NCBI GenBank assembly: GCA_964016885.1
Contig: OZ024762.1
Coordinates: forward strand, 14,136,001-14,200,000
Direction of reading: 5' to 3'
DNA from: Eledone cirrhosa
Taxonomy: Eukaryota
Length of the DNA stretch: 64,000 bases
Below are positions 1 through 13,836 of the stretch, one piece after another; the stretch's first letter is position 1, and each line of letters opens with the position of its first letter. The position numbers and the translations under genes are program-made. Under the pieces are notes generated by a model. The model saw only the letters and a list, made by a program, of their open reading frames with translations. It was not told the origin of the DNA and did no database searches.

Positions 1-130
1 ATTCGATTTATATGAGTGTATAAGTTGGCTGACAGATTAGGCACGTGTTGTTTTCTATGCCCCCTTTTTGTCCTCATTTGTTCCCGTTTCTTCAACATAT
101 CATACATTAATTTCTGTTTATCTTCTACTT

Positions 131-330
131 CTATCTCAATCTTTCTGGGAGGCTCCCGTACAGCTCTGAGTTTTCAATACTCAGTGTATACAGATTAATG
201 TTCAGAGCCATCCTCAGCATTCTCGTGTAGCACCCATCCACCATCTGAATGAGTTTCTTGGTCAGTGTCCAAGTCTCAGACCCGGACAGCAGCACAGACT
301 CCACGTATGTTGATGCCCTAAGGACATGGA
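131..330 (-). mobile_element. RTE-clade non-LTR retrotransposon ORF2 fragment (C-terminal to RT), decayed
   Basis: Translation VESVLLSGSETWTLTKKLIQMVDGCYTRMLRMALNI...NSELYG fits the RTE-type 'V.SVLLYG.ETWTL.....LD....RMLR..L' segment. Confidence 0.8.
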
Positions 331-523
331 TCTCGGGAATTTTACCCGCCCTAGAAAAATATATTATATGCAATGATTTTCAGATTTCGAGTATATATTT
401 CCGTGCAGTCGTTTAGCACAATGCTCAATAAAGATAACACTAATAGCAATATAAATCAGTCAAATGTTCTACTGACTAACTGAATTAAAATCAAACCAAG
501 GCAAATATATTAAACAGATATCG

Positions 524-598
<75 letters not shown>

Positions 599-1026
599 TA
601 TCGATAGAGAGAGATAGAGAGAATGGACAATCAGTTATTGGGACAGATCGATATGACTATCTGGGCAGATGGATAACTTTATATACTGACATAATTCTAT
701 ATACACACACAATGAAGTACACACATATACTGACGTACATACATAAAACCTCTCTCACACACACACATACAGATGTATAGCTTTATATACTGACATAATT
801 TTACAGATTTACACATAAAACCTCACACAAATACACACACACCCACACACATCCCATCACTCACACACACACACTACAGCACACACACACCCACTTTACA
901 GCAGAGGGAAGAAAGAGCCGACTCGTCATTGAGTTAAGTTTAGAGAAAGAGCAATTTCTAGCAAGAATTTCTTCGATATTTATTGGAAAATCAAACCTTG
1001 GATCAAACTATATATACTAGTGAATA

Positions 1027-1470
1027 TAACAGCAACAGTGACAACAACAACAACATATAACAGTGACAATAACAGCAACAACAACAACATATAACAGTGA
1101 CAATAACAGCAACAATAACAACATATAACAGTGACAATAACAGCAACAATAACAACATATAACAGTGACAATAACAGCAACAACAACAACATATAACAGT
1201 GACAATAACAGCAACAACAACATATAACATATAACAGTGACAATAACAACAACAACAACATATAACAGTGACAATAACAGCAACAACAACAACATATAAC
1301 TGTGACAATAACAGCAACAACAACATATAACAGTGACAATAACAGCAACAACAACAACATATAACAATGACAATAACAGCAACAACAATATATAACATAT
1401 AACAGTGACAATAACAGCAACAACAACAACAGCATATAACAGTAACAACAACAAAAGCAACAACAACATC
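1027..1470. repeat. Minisatellite, ~34-bp unit acagcaacaacaacaacatataacagtgacaata, about 12 copies
   Basis: cagtgacaat recurs at 1061, 1095 and onward; unit length varies with the (caa)n count. Confidence 0.9.
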
Positions 1471-1574
1471 GCTAACAAAAAACATTATTTCCATCACAAA
1501 ATATGTAACAAAAACTACAAGAAATATATATGAGAAAAATCAGGACAAGTTGTAAAATAAACACAGACATACAC

Positions 1575-1613
<39 letters not shown>

Positions 1614-1622
<9 letters not shown>

Positions 1623-2021
1623 TAAACAAATAATGAATAAACAATTTCTTATATTAAACAAAAAAAGTTCATTATTTAACGATCGTTTCTAGGATATATA
1701 TGTGTTAGAGTTGGCATGCATATTCAACAGATCTATGTACAAAATTATACAAAATTATACAAACTATCAAGATTAAATATACATACCAACACATATATAC
1801 GCCGTCTTCAGAAATAATTATTTCTGAAGACGGCGTATATATGTGTTGGTATGTATATTTAATCTTGATAGTTTGTATAATTTTGTATAATTTTGTACAT
1901 AGATCTGTTGAATATGCATGCCAACTCTAACACATATATATCCTAGAAACGATCGTTAAATAATGAACTTTTTTTGTTTAATATAAGAAATTGTTTATTC
2001 ATTATTTGTTTAATATTTTAT
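1614..2021. repeat. Perfect 408-bp palindrome: fold-back of an HHR-bearing element that continues to ~2156
   Basis: Centre gaaataa|ttatttc at 1817/1818; arms are reverse complements out to 1614/2021; flanked by (TA)n. Confidence 0.95.
1817..1964 (+). ncRNA. Type I hammerhead ribozyme with long stem II (mirror copy on the - strand at 1671-1818)
   Basis: Stem I attattt/aaataat; CTGAAGA 1824-1830; GAAA 1946-1949; stem III AC-gatc-GT with a palindromic loop; predicted GUU cleavage triplet 1955-1957. Confidence 0.75.
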
Positions 2022-2152
2022 CTTGACTCTGTATACCGTTTATCTTTCACCGAAAGTGATTTTTCATTACATTTCTTCTTTCCATGATATCCGGAATACA
2101 TTGAGTTCTTCATACGGATTGGACACTACCGTAAACTCTTGGTAGATTTATC

Positions 2153-2199
<47 letters not shown>

Positions 2200-2577
2200 A
2201 CATAACTGTATATCTATCTATCTATATTTGTATATATAACTGTATATCTATCTATCTATCTATATTTGTATATAGAACTGTATATCTATCTATCTGTATA
2301 TATATATATAACTGTATATCTATCTATCTATATATGTATATATAACTGTATATCTATCTATATATGTATATGTAACTGTATATCTATCTATCTATATATG
2401 TATATATAACTGTATATCTATCTATCTATATTTGTATATATAACTGTATATCTATCTATATTTGTATATATAAGTGAATATCTATATATATATATATATA
2501 TATACATTATACATAACTACATATATATATATATACACATTATATATACACACACACACACACATATATATACACAC

Positions 2578-2628
<51 letters not shown>

Positions 2629-2635
2629 TATATAT

Positions 2636-2682
<47 letters not shown>

Positions 2683-2858
2683 TCACACATTTTGTATATA
2701 TATACACACACACACGTTGAGAGAGAGAGAGAGAGGGGGGGAGACAAAGCAGGAATGATCCATGCTGTATGTAATAATGAGATTAAAAGAAAGAGGGAAT
2801 ACTGAACAAATATAAACGAAACAATGGTGAGGGGGGGGGCTGCTACCACCACCACCAA

Positions 2859-2918
<60 letters not shown>

Positions 2919-3056
2919 CAGTAGTAGTAGCAGTAGTACCATTTGTTAAGATATGTTACTATTCCCAGAGGTTATATTCATTCTTAGACATCAGAAGCAC
3001 TTACATAAATATTTACATACCTACATATATATATATATATACATATATATATACAC

Positions 3057-3149
<93 letters not shown>

Positions 3150-3228
3150 CATACATATATGTGATGCATACATAAATGTATTCACATGTGTGTAGGTGAA
3201 TTATATATTCATACATACATATAAGTAT

Positions 3229-3272
<44 letters not shown>

Positions 3273-3527
3273 TGTATGTATATTTGTGTATAAACATACA
3301 CAAATGTCGTTATCGATATGGTAATATATTCATAGATTTTTTTATATATACATGGAAAAATGCACAAAAAGACACCCGCGGATAAATATACACAAGAACA
3401 TATATACATACATACATATATGTGTATATATATTCCATATATACTGTGCCGTTTGTTTTGTTATTCTGTTTTCTTTTCACATACATACATAAATACATGT
3501 ATACATACGTACATACATATATATCTA

Positions 3528-3578
<51 letters not shown>

Positions 3579-3865
3579 GTATACACACACACACACTCCT
3601 AGGTATATACATCTATCAATGTATGTATCCGCCTATGTTTATATTACATCGTTTCCTTTAAAATCAAAACAGATAGTACATAATAAAGGCGATTGCCGCC
3701 AATACAAGCAATTTCAAAATGGCGGCTGGCTTACGGATTAATTTCTATCGATGATACATCGTTCCACTAACAAAGAAGGAACGGCTCTCATTTTGGTTGC
3801 CGATCTGTCCATCTTGAGCGGCATTTACCCATTCATTTCTTTATTATATCACCGAACTTAGCAAC

Positions 3866-3918
<53 letters not shown>

Positions 3919-4214
3919 TACATACATATATTTATTTATATATATCCCTCCAGACATCTCTCTCTCTCTTTATATATATATATATATACATACTCAATAT
4001 ATGAATACATACATATATTTATTTATATATATGTATACATTCTCTCTCTCTCTATATGTATGTATGTACATATAAATACTGAGGAAGCTATATATATATA
4101 TATATATACACACTAAATGTTATATAGGAAGTCCACAGCATGCAATTTGTATGCAGAGTGTATAAGTTCATTCGTTCATTTACATATATGAAGTCTGTAT
4201 ACACACACATACAG

Positions 4215-4650
<436 letters not shown>

Positions 4651-4809
4651 TTACATTCATATATATATTTGGAGGTCTGTGTACCTATATCTGAGTGTAT
4701 GTATTTACATATATTTGTTTTATATTACAATACACCCCCCCCCCCACACACACACTCACACAAGCACTCACACTCACAGTTGCACTCACAAGCACACTCA
4801 CATATATAT

Positions 4810-4856
<47 letters not shown>

Positions 4857-5358
4857 ATCTATTCCACTTATACATACATCTACACTGTTATATTTGATTG
4901 ATCATGAAGATGTCTAACTTATACTCTCTCTCTCTCTCTCTCTCTCTATACCTATCTCTGTCTACCACACTAACTCTCTGTTTCTCTCTCTCTCTCTCTT
5001 CTCCATCTATCCCCCTCCCCCTCTGTCTGACTCTCTTACTGTTTCTATCTCTCTTACTCCCCCCCACACTCTCTATGTGGATCTGTCTTTCAGTCTCTCT
5101 CCCTCTCTCTAATTTTCTCTTCTTTTCTCTGATTTTGTTGACACACACAACTACATACACATTCCCATACTTTGTATATACAAAAGGAAATACACACACA
5201 CATACACACGCACACAATACACACATACACACACACATAATACACACATACACACACATACAGACATACAGACACACACACATATATACATATATACAAA
5301 CACACACACACACACGCTCATACACTCACACATATATGTACATATCTACAAACACACG

Positions 5359-5428
<70 letters not shown>

Positions 5429-5429
<1 letters not shown>

Positions 5430-5562
5430 GTTATTCCGGGTTGAATCGGAGGTAACCACAGTAAGTAAGGTACTCGATACAAAGCAGAGTATAAAAGTTT
5501 TAATATAGATGAGATTCTACAGGACTAGAACTGTTTCATTCTTTAGAAATCATCAGGAATCT
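5429..5562 (-). mobile_element. Family B pLTR-like element with an intact minimal HHR (5512-5562)
   Basis: Minus strand: agattc CTGATGA tttc-taaa-gaat GAAA cag-ttctagtc-ctgt A gaatct; (TA)n on both sides. Confidence 0.8.
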
Positions 5563-5569
5563 ATATATA

Positions 5570-5604
<35 letters not shown>

Positions 5605-5941
5605 GCATATATATATATATATATATGTATGTGTATATATATATATATATGTATGTGTATATATATATATATATATGTATGTGCATATATATATATATAT
5701 GTATGTGTGTATATATATATATATATATGTATGTGTATATATATATATATGTATATATGTATGTGTATATATATATATATGTATGTGTATATATATATAT
5801 ATGTGTATATATATATATATATATGTGTATATATATATATATATGTGTATATATATATATATGTGTGTATATATATATATATGTGTGTATATATATATAT
5901 ATGTGTATATATATATATATATGTGTGTATATATATATATA

Positions 5942-5972
<31 letters not shown>

Positions 5973-6063
5973 GTGTGTATATATATATATATATATGTGT
6001 GTATATATATATATATATATGTGTGTATATATATATATGTGTATATATATATATATATATGTG

Positions 6064-6097
<34 letters not shown>

Positions 6098-6159
6098 TAT
6101 GTGTATATATATATATATATGTGTATATATATATATATATGTGTATATATATATATATA

Positions 6160-6232
<73 letters not shown>

Positions 6233-6251
6233 ATATATATATGTATATATG

Positions 6252-6299
<48 letters not shown>

Positions 6300-6301
<2 letters not shown>

Positions 6302-6490
6302 AACCCGACGGCTGAGCTCAAGCCGTTTCGACGGCTAATTCTGGACTAAATTTAGTCCAGAATTAGCCGTCGAAACGGCTTGAGCTCTGCCCTCGGGGTC
6401 CTACTTGTTCCTATTACCCACTCTACTACCCTAAGTATTGAGTACTTTAGTGCGTTATGGTCCACCTGGTTCCTTACCACATTTCCTTCG

Positions 6491-6493
<3 letters not shown>
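6300..6493 (+). mobile_element. Family A pLTR-like element: 3' half of an HHR, folded back
   Basis: Perfect 74-bp palindrome 6314-6387 centred at 6350/6351; GAAAC-GGC-ttgagctct-GCC stem III; tail ...ttccttaccacatttccttcgtta then (TA)n. Confidence 0.75.
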
Positions 6494-6536
<43 letters not shown>

Positions 6537-7159
6537 TTATATCTCGTATAATACACCGTCATTTTCCATCCTCACCTACTACAACTTCCCTCCTACCCAA
6601 CCACCTCTCTCTCCTCTTCCGACACCCTCTCCCCTTCCTCTTCACCCACTCTCTCCCCTTCACCCACTCTTTCCCCTTCCTCTTCACCCAACATTTCCAC
6701 TTCACCCACCCTCTCCCCTTCCTCTTTCCCCACCCCCACTCTTCGGCTACTTTATTGATGTAGAATAAACATCCATATTGGTTGGAATTGCTTGTCTTCT
6801 GTTGTTATTCAAGAATTTTTCCTGACGAGAAGAACCATTAATTGGAACGAAGACGTTTCCCAAGACTTTCAATCTGGGACTGGATTGATAGGTATATGAG
6901 AAAGGGTGGGGGGGTCCGGGCTGGAGAGCGGGAGGTTAAAGGAGGAGGAGGGGGAGTTCACGTCGTTATTGGCGGCCTCGGAGAGGTGTGGTGTTCGGGT
7001 TGGCTGAAGAGAGATTATTGGTGCTTAAAGGGTGGATCGATCGGTCTATTTTCTATATATATGCTTAAGTACCTGCAAAAAAAATAAAACTCCCCTCTTT
7101 AGCTATCTTGATATCGATCACATTATTTATCTATCGCTTGTCTATTTATTTAGAAATCC

Positions 7160-7198
<39 letters not shown>

Positions 7199-7208
7199 CT
7201 TTCCCTTG

Positions 7209-7246
<38 letters not shown>

Positions 7247-7264
7247 TTTTGTCTTCTTTTCAAC

Positions 7265-7335
<71 letters not shown>

Positions 7336-7725
7336 CATGTTGAAAAGAAGACAAAAGACATATATATATATATATACAGAGAGAGAGAGAGAGAGTGTGT
7401 GAGGAAGAAACGGATAGAGAGAAATATATATATACATTATATATATCTTTCTCTCTCTCCGTCTCTCCCTCCCTCTCTCTCTATTTACTCCTCCATCCTC
7501 TCTCGCTCGCTCTCCCCCTCTCTCTCTCTCTGTATCTCTCTGTATATGTATATATACATATATATATACACACCCTGTATATCCACTATATGTACACCGT
7601 ATATGCGCTTCATATCTATATAAAGTGTGTATATATATATATATATACACATTTTATATACACTATATACATATATACTATATATGTTCTCCAATGGGAA
7701 AAGAAAGGCCGATCCGATAAAGCTT

Positions 7726-7830
7726 AGCATTTGTGACGTGGCAACTCATTTCTACAGCGGAGTAATACTTTAGCAAGGTGAAATAAAGTGTCTTGCTGAA
7801 GGACACAGCGCCTCTCTCGGTCCGTGAATA
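7726..7830 (-). mobile_element. tRNA-derived SINE family S1, partial
   Basis: Reverse complement of the S1 body (gtgtccttcagcaagacactttatttcac...gtagaaatgagttgc). Confidence 0.7.
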
Positions 7831-7930
7831 CTCGGCCAACAGTACACAGATTTTAATGGGTTATAAGATGATTTCTTGTCAACCATTCAGGTAAAATAGT
7901 ATGATTAATTAACCAGATAAATGATAGTGA

Positions 7931-8975
7931 AGGCTCATGGCTCAGTGGTTAGAGCATTGCGATAGCAATTGATTCTCGAACTGGATGATGCATTGTGTTC
8001 TTGAGCAAGACTCTTTATTTCATGTTGTTCCTGTTTACTCAGCTGTAGATAATGAGTTGCGACGTCACTGGTGCCAAGCTGTATCAGTCATTGCCTTTCC
8101 CTTACAACATCATATATAGTGTATAATATATACTGTACACGGTGTATATATAATGTATATATACTGTGCATAGTGTGTATATATATATATAGTATATATG
8201 TTGTGATGTTACTGGTGCCAAGCTGTATCAGTTAGTGCCTTTCCCTTGGACAACATCATATATAGTGTATAATATATACTGTACACGGTGTATATATAAT
8301 GTATGTATACTGTGCATAGTGTGTATATATATATATAGTATATATGTTGTGATGTTACTGGTGCCAAGCTGTATCAGTTAGTGCCTTTCCCTTGGACAAC
8401 ATCATATATAGTGTATAATATATACTGTACACGGTGTATATATAATGTATGTATACTGTGCATAGTGTGTATATATATATATAGTATATATGTTGTGATG
8501 TTACTGGTGCCAAGCTGTATCAGTTAGTGCCTTTCCCTTGGACAACATCATATATAGTGTATAATATATACTGTACACAGTGTATATATAATGTATGTAT
8601 ACTGTGCATAGTGTGTATATATATATATAGTATATATGTTGTGATGTTACTGGTGCCAAGCTGTATCAGTTAATGCCTTTCCCTTGGACAACATCATATA
8701 TAGTGTATAATATATACTGTACACGGTGTATATATAATGTATATATACTGTGCATAGTGTGTATATATATATATAGTATATATGTTGTGATGTTACTGGT
8801 GCCAAGCTGTATCAGTTAGTGCCTTTCCCTGGGACAAGAATCGATGGTGTGGAGATGGGAGACTGGTATGTACGGGCGACTACTGACCTTCCACAAAACA
8901 AACCTTGCTCAGGTTTGTGCCTCTAGTGGCAAAACCATGGTCAATCGTGACCGCGTGGGGCCTCAAAAAAAAAAA
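7931..8975 (+). mobile_element. tRNA-derived SINE family S1 interrupted by an internal tandem array
   Basis: A-box-like tggctcagtggttagagc, S1 body, 3' region resumes at ~8837, A-tail at ~8965. Confidence 0.8.
8067..8836. repeat. Tandem repeat, 146-bp unit, 5 copies plus a partial
   Basis: actggtgccaagc at 8067, 8211, 8357, 8503, 8649 and 8795. Confidence 0.95.
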
Positions 8976-9246
8976 TGATAGAGATAAGGCGACATGACTA
9001 GACAAGCATTTGATAAAAAAATATTGCTACGGTGGTTCTGTTGTAGCAATGGTCTGAAAGGAGAGATTCGAAGAAGAAAGAACTGTGAGAGACTAGATTT
9101 ATATCTATATTTTTAACTGTTGGTCAATCAATGATAAACATTGATTGTCAGCTGAATTAATTGTAGAAATATTAAATATACTGAAGCGAAAACCAACCCA
9201 GATCAAACAGTGAGTGTGTTTTACTATATATTTCTGGCAATATTAA

Positions 9247-9428
9247 TGGCGAATTGGCAGAGTCGTTAGAATGTCGGATAGAATCCTTTACGGTATTCGT
9301 TCCTGCTCTCTGAGTTCAAATCCCACCGAGGTCAACTTTGCCTCTCGTCCTTTAGAGGTTGATAAAATAAAGTACCAGTAATGTACTGGGTATTTGCTGG
9401 CCTTGTGCCAATTGTAGAAACAATTATA
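9247..9428 (+). mobile_element. tRNA-derived SINE family S2
   Basis: tggcagagtcgttag A box, gagttcaaatccc B box, body gtcaactttgcc...taaagtaccag, tail ggccttgtgcc..gtagaaacaatta. Confidence 0.8.
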
Positions 9429-10215
9429 ACAACATGACCCCCCCCCCCCAAAAAAAAAAAAAAAACTATAACAAGAATTTAAGAAGGTTCGTTGCTATTT
9501 CGTAGAAGAAATGTTTGGGTGTATATTTTCTAGCTGTTCATGTTCCTTGCTCAGATCTCAAGATGAAATTTAAACCTTATCCTTTCCAGGGTCGATGACA
9601 TAAAGAAACACTAAATTACCAGGGTCGACATAATGAACTTTCCCTCCCTTTCTTACTTAAAATTGGCGACTTTGGGCCACAAAACATCAGCCATTTCTAA
9701 TCTAACATAAACACTTAGCTTAAGTTAGTTTAATTTAGGAGTGGATTTTTTTTTTTGTAGTTATTTTATAGGTAATTAGTCCCCGTGAGGGTTTTGTTGT
9801 TATTTAAGGATTAACTGTGCCAGGAAAACTAATCCCTAAACTGAAAGTTGACGGGAAAGAAAGAGGTGGTGCGTTATTGAGACGGTTTAAACCCCTTAAA
9901 CATGATGGCAAGCTTATTAATTAAAACTGACGGCAACGGCAACGGGATGATGCTGATGTTGGTGATGATGTTGGTGATGATGATGATGGCGAGAAATGTT
10001 ATTATTATTATTGTTGTTGCTGTTGCTGTTGTTGTTTTTATTATTATTGTTATTGTTATTATTATTAACAATGGCGGTAGTAAATGAGAAAAGAATAGAG
10101 GTGGCGTTGACAACGATCACGATCATGATGATGATGTTGTTGATGATGATGATGATGAGTAAGATAGTCATGTTGATGGTGATGATATGCATATATATAT
10201 ATATGTATATATATA

Positions 10216-10261
<46 letters not shown>

Positions 10262-10280
10262 TATATATGTATATATACAC

Positions 10281-10342
<62 letters not shown>

Positions 10343-10347
10343 GTATA

Positions 10348-10412
<65 letters not shown>

Positions 10413-10445
10413 GTATATATATGTATATATATATGTATATATATG

Positions 10446-10504
<59 letters not shown>

Positions 10505-10515
10505 GTATATATATG

Positions 10516-10650
<135 letters not shown>

Positions 10651-10685
10651 GTATATATATATGTATATATATATGTATATATATG

Positions 10686-10760
<75 letters not shown>

Positions 10761-10766
10761 GTGTAC

Positions 10767-10838
<72 letters not shown>

Positions 10839-11247
10839 GTGTACATATATATATATGTGTGTGTACATATATATATATATGTGTGTACATATATATATAT
10901 ATATGTGTGTGTACATATATATATCTATCTATATATGTGTGTGTATATATATATCTATATATATGTGTATATACATATCTCTCTCTCTATATATATATGT
11001 ATATATATATATATATCTCTCTCTATATATATATGTATATATATATATCTCTCTCTCTATATATATATGTATATATATATATATCTCTCTCTATATATAT
11101 ATATGTATATATATATCTCTCTCTCTCTATATATATGTATATATATATCTCTCTCTCTCTATATATATATATATTATCTAAATAATGTATGTTTATCTCT
11201 CTATCTTTGTGTGCATATATATATATATATATGTGTGTGTATATATA

Positions 11248-11308
<61 letters not shown>

Positions 11309-11356
11309 TCTATCGCTATCTCTTCCCCCTCTCTCTCTTTCACGCTCTCTCTCTCT

Positions 11357-11402
<46 letters not shown>

Positions 11403-11436
11403 TATATATATATATATAAAATATATATATATATAT

Positions 11437-11478
<42 letters not shown>

Positions 11479-11727
11479 TATACACATACACAGATTAGTT
11501 GCTACAATCTTTGTATGAAGCAAATCAATCGTCTAGATTCAATTCCCTCAAATATAATATTTACTATTTCTGGATTAACGTAGTTAATAGTAAATTAGGT
11601 TATCTTACGATAACTATTTATATCTATAGATTAAAACACGAGATCTTTACAGGGATATTATGAAGAGAGAAGAAACATTTAGATATAATTAGTAATAAAT
11701 TGTATCATACCCAAACTGCTCCTAGAT

Positions 11728-11817
11728 TCCTCGACTACGTAGTTTCGTGGCATAAACAAAAACAATACATAATAAAGATATAGAGTCCTTGCGAGGTCTG
11801 CCGACTTATCAAGAGGA
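11728..11817 (-). ncRNA. Type I hammerhead ribozyme with a U3-A8 core variant, within an element spanning ~11490-11865
   Basis: Minus strand: tcctc TTGATAA gt(c)ggca...tgccac GAAA c-tacgta-g TC gagga; 5-bp stem I, G10.1-C11.1, GUC site. Confidence 0.75.
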
Positions 11818-11880
11818 TACCTCATTTTACTAGCTTCAAGAACGCGTCTACACGACGTGAGAAAGAATATATATATATAT

Positions 11881-12150
11881 ATGTTCAACAAGCTGCCGAG
11901 GGATCTAAGAGATCTGCATGGTGTGGAGGTGGATGGCTTCAAGAAACATCTCGACACCTTGCTATCCAGGATCCCGGATGAGCCCACAGCAAGGCACGAG
12001 GGAAATCTAAGGGCAGCAGCAACAAACTCCCTCTTTCTAACACCGGTGGCCAACCAATACAAGCTGGAGATAAAAAGTGTAGCAACAAGGGCGGTGCCCC
12101 AGCATGGCCTCAGCTGGATGGCTGGAACAGGTAAAATAGTAAAAGAGTAA
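11881..12150 (+). mobile_element. 3' end of a non-LTR retrotransposon (CR1/L2 group, clade uncertain), 5'-truncated
   Basis: FNKLPRDLRDLHGVEVDGFKKHLDTLLSRIPDEP...RAAATNSL is an ORF2 C-terminus pattern; (taaaagag)-like tail; the same 3' UTR recurs at 24017-24069. Confidence 0.75.
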
Positions 12151-12170
12151 TAAACGTATATAAATACTAA

Positions 12171-12211
<41 letters not shown>

Positions 12212-12339
12212 ATATGTGAAGACTAAAATCCAAAGAGGGCTCGATAAGGATAAATAAGTTTCAGAAGATCCCGTTAAGGGTGAAAGCAGCGATTCTTTGA
12301 TTAAACATTAATCTGTTATTTTCACAAATATATGTATAT

Positions 12340-12516
12340 ATATAACCAAAAGTTAGTATGGTTCGTTGATTACTCAATGAATACAATTTTACAATAGATT
12401 AGAAGCACTCAACGGCGAAGTTTTCCTTGAGTTTTTAATATTATTCAAAATATTAACAAATGAAAAATATTCTCATAATAAAAAAATATACTTTATTATA
12501 TACATTTCAAAGGTAC
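12340..12516 (-). mobile_element. Family D pLTR-like element, truncated in HHR stem II
   Basis: Shares gattagaagcactcaac and ttatatacatttcaaaggtac with the copies at 23185 and 62783. Confidence 0.55.
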
Positions 12517-12597
12517 TGTGTTGTTTTTTATATATATCTCTATATATATGTATATATATATATATCTATATATATATATATATGTATATATATATAC

Positions 12598-12642
<45 letters not shown>

Positions 12643-12675
12643 CATATATATACATATATATATATATGTATCTAC

Positions 12676-12707
<32 letters not shown>

Positions 12708-12730
12708 GTATATATGTATATATATATATC

Positions 12731-12765
<35 letters not shown>

Positions 12766-12924
12766 ATATATATATCTATATATCTATATATATATATATC
12801 TATATATATATGTATATATGTATATATATCTATATATACATATATATATAGATATATATATAAATCTATATATGTATATATATATATCTATATATATATA
12901 TGTATATATATATCTATCTATATA

Positions 12925-12979
<55 letters not shown>

Positions 12980-13072
12980 CTGTCTATATATATATGTATA
13001 TATATATATATGTATATATATATATCTATCTATATATATATGTATATATATATCTATCTATATATATATATC

Positions 13073-13105
<33 letters not shown>

Positions 13106-13628
13106 CTATCTATATATATATATATATATATCTATATATCTATATATCTATATATCTATATATATATATATCTATATATATATCTATATATATATATATA
13201 TATATATATATCTATATATCTATATATATATATATATATATATATATCTATATATATATCTATATATATATATATCTATATATATATATATCTATATCTA
13301 TATATATATATATATATATCTATATCTATATATATATATATATATATCTATCTATATATATATATATATATATATATCTATATCTATATATATAGATATA
13401 TATATAGAGATATCTATATATATAGATATATATATAGAGATATCTATATATATATCTATATATATATATATATATATAGAGATATCTATAGAGATATCTA
13501 TATATATATCTATATATATATCTATATATATATCTATATATATATATATATATATAGAGATATCTATAGAGATATCTATATATATATCTATATATATATC
13601 TATATATATATAGATATCTCTATATATA

Positions 13629-13663
<35 letters not shown>

Positions 13664-13779
13664 ATATATATATATATCTATATATCTCTATATATATATA
13701 TATCTATATATCTATATATATCTATATAGATATATATATATCTCTATATATATATCTATATAGATATATATATCTATAT

Positions 13780-13836
<57 letters not shown>

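Noticed and set aside
385-432. HHR-like motif on the - strand (TTGAGCA gtgc/gcac GAAAtata)
   Set aside because: Two non-compensatory core changes and no stem I; at best a decayed relic.
980-1497. Cys-rich or hydrophobic protein ORFs
   Set aside because: They arise from a 34-bp minisatellite read in all three frames.
6818-6865. HHR-like CTGACGA...cGAAGacgt
   Set aside because: GAAA is broken and there is no convincing stem I or III.
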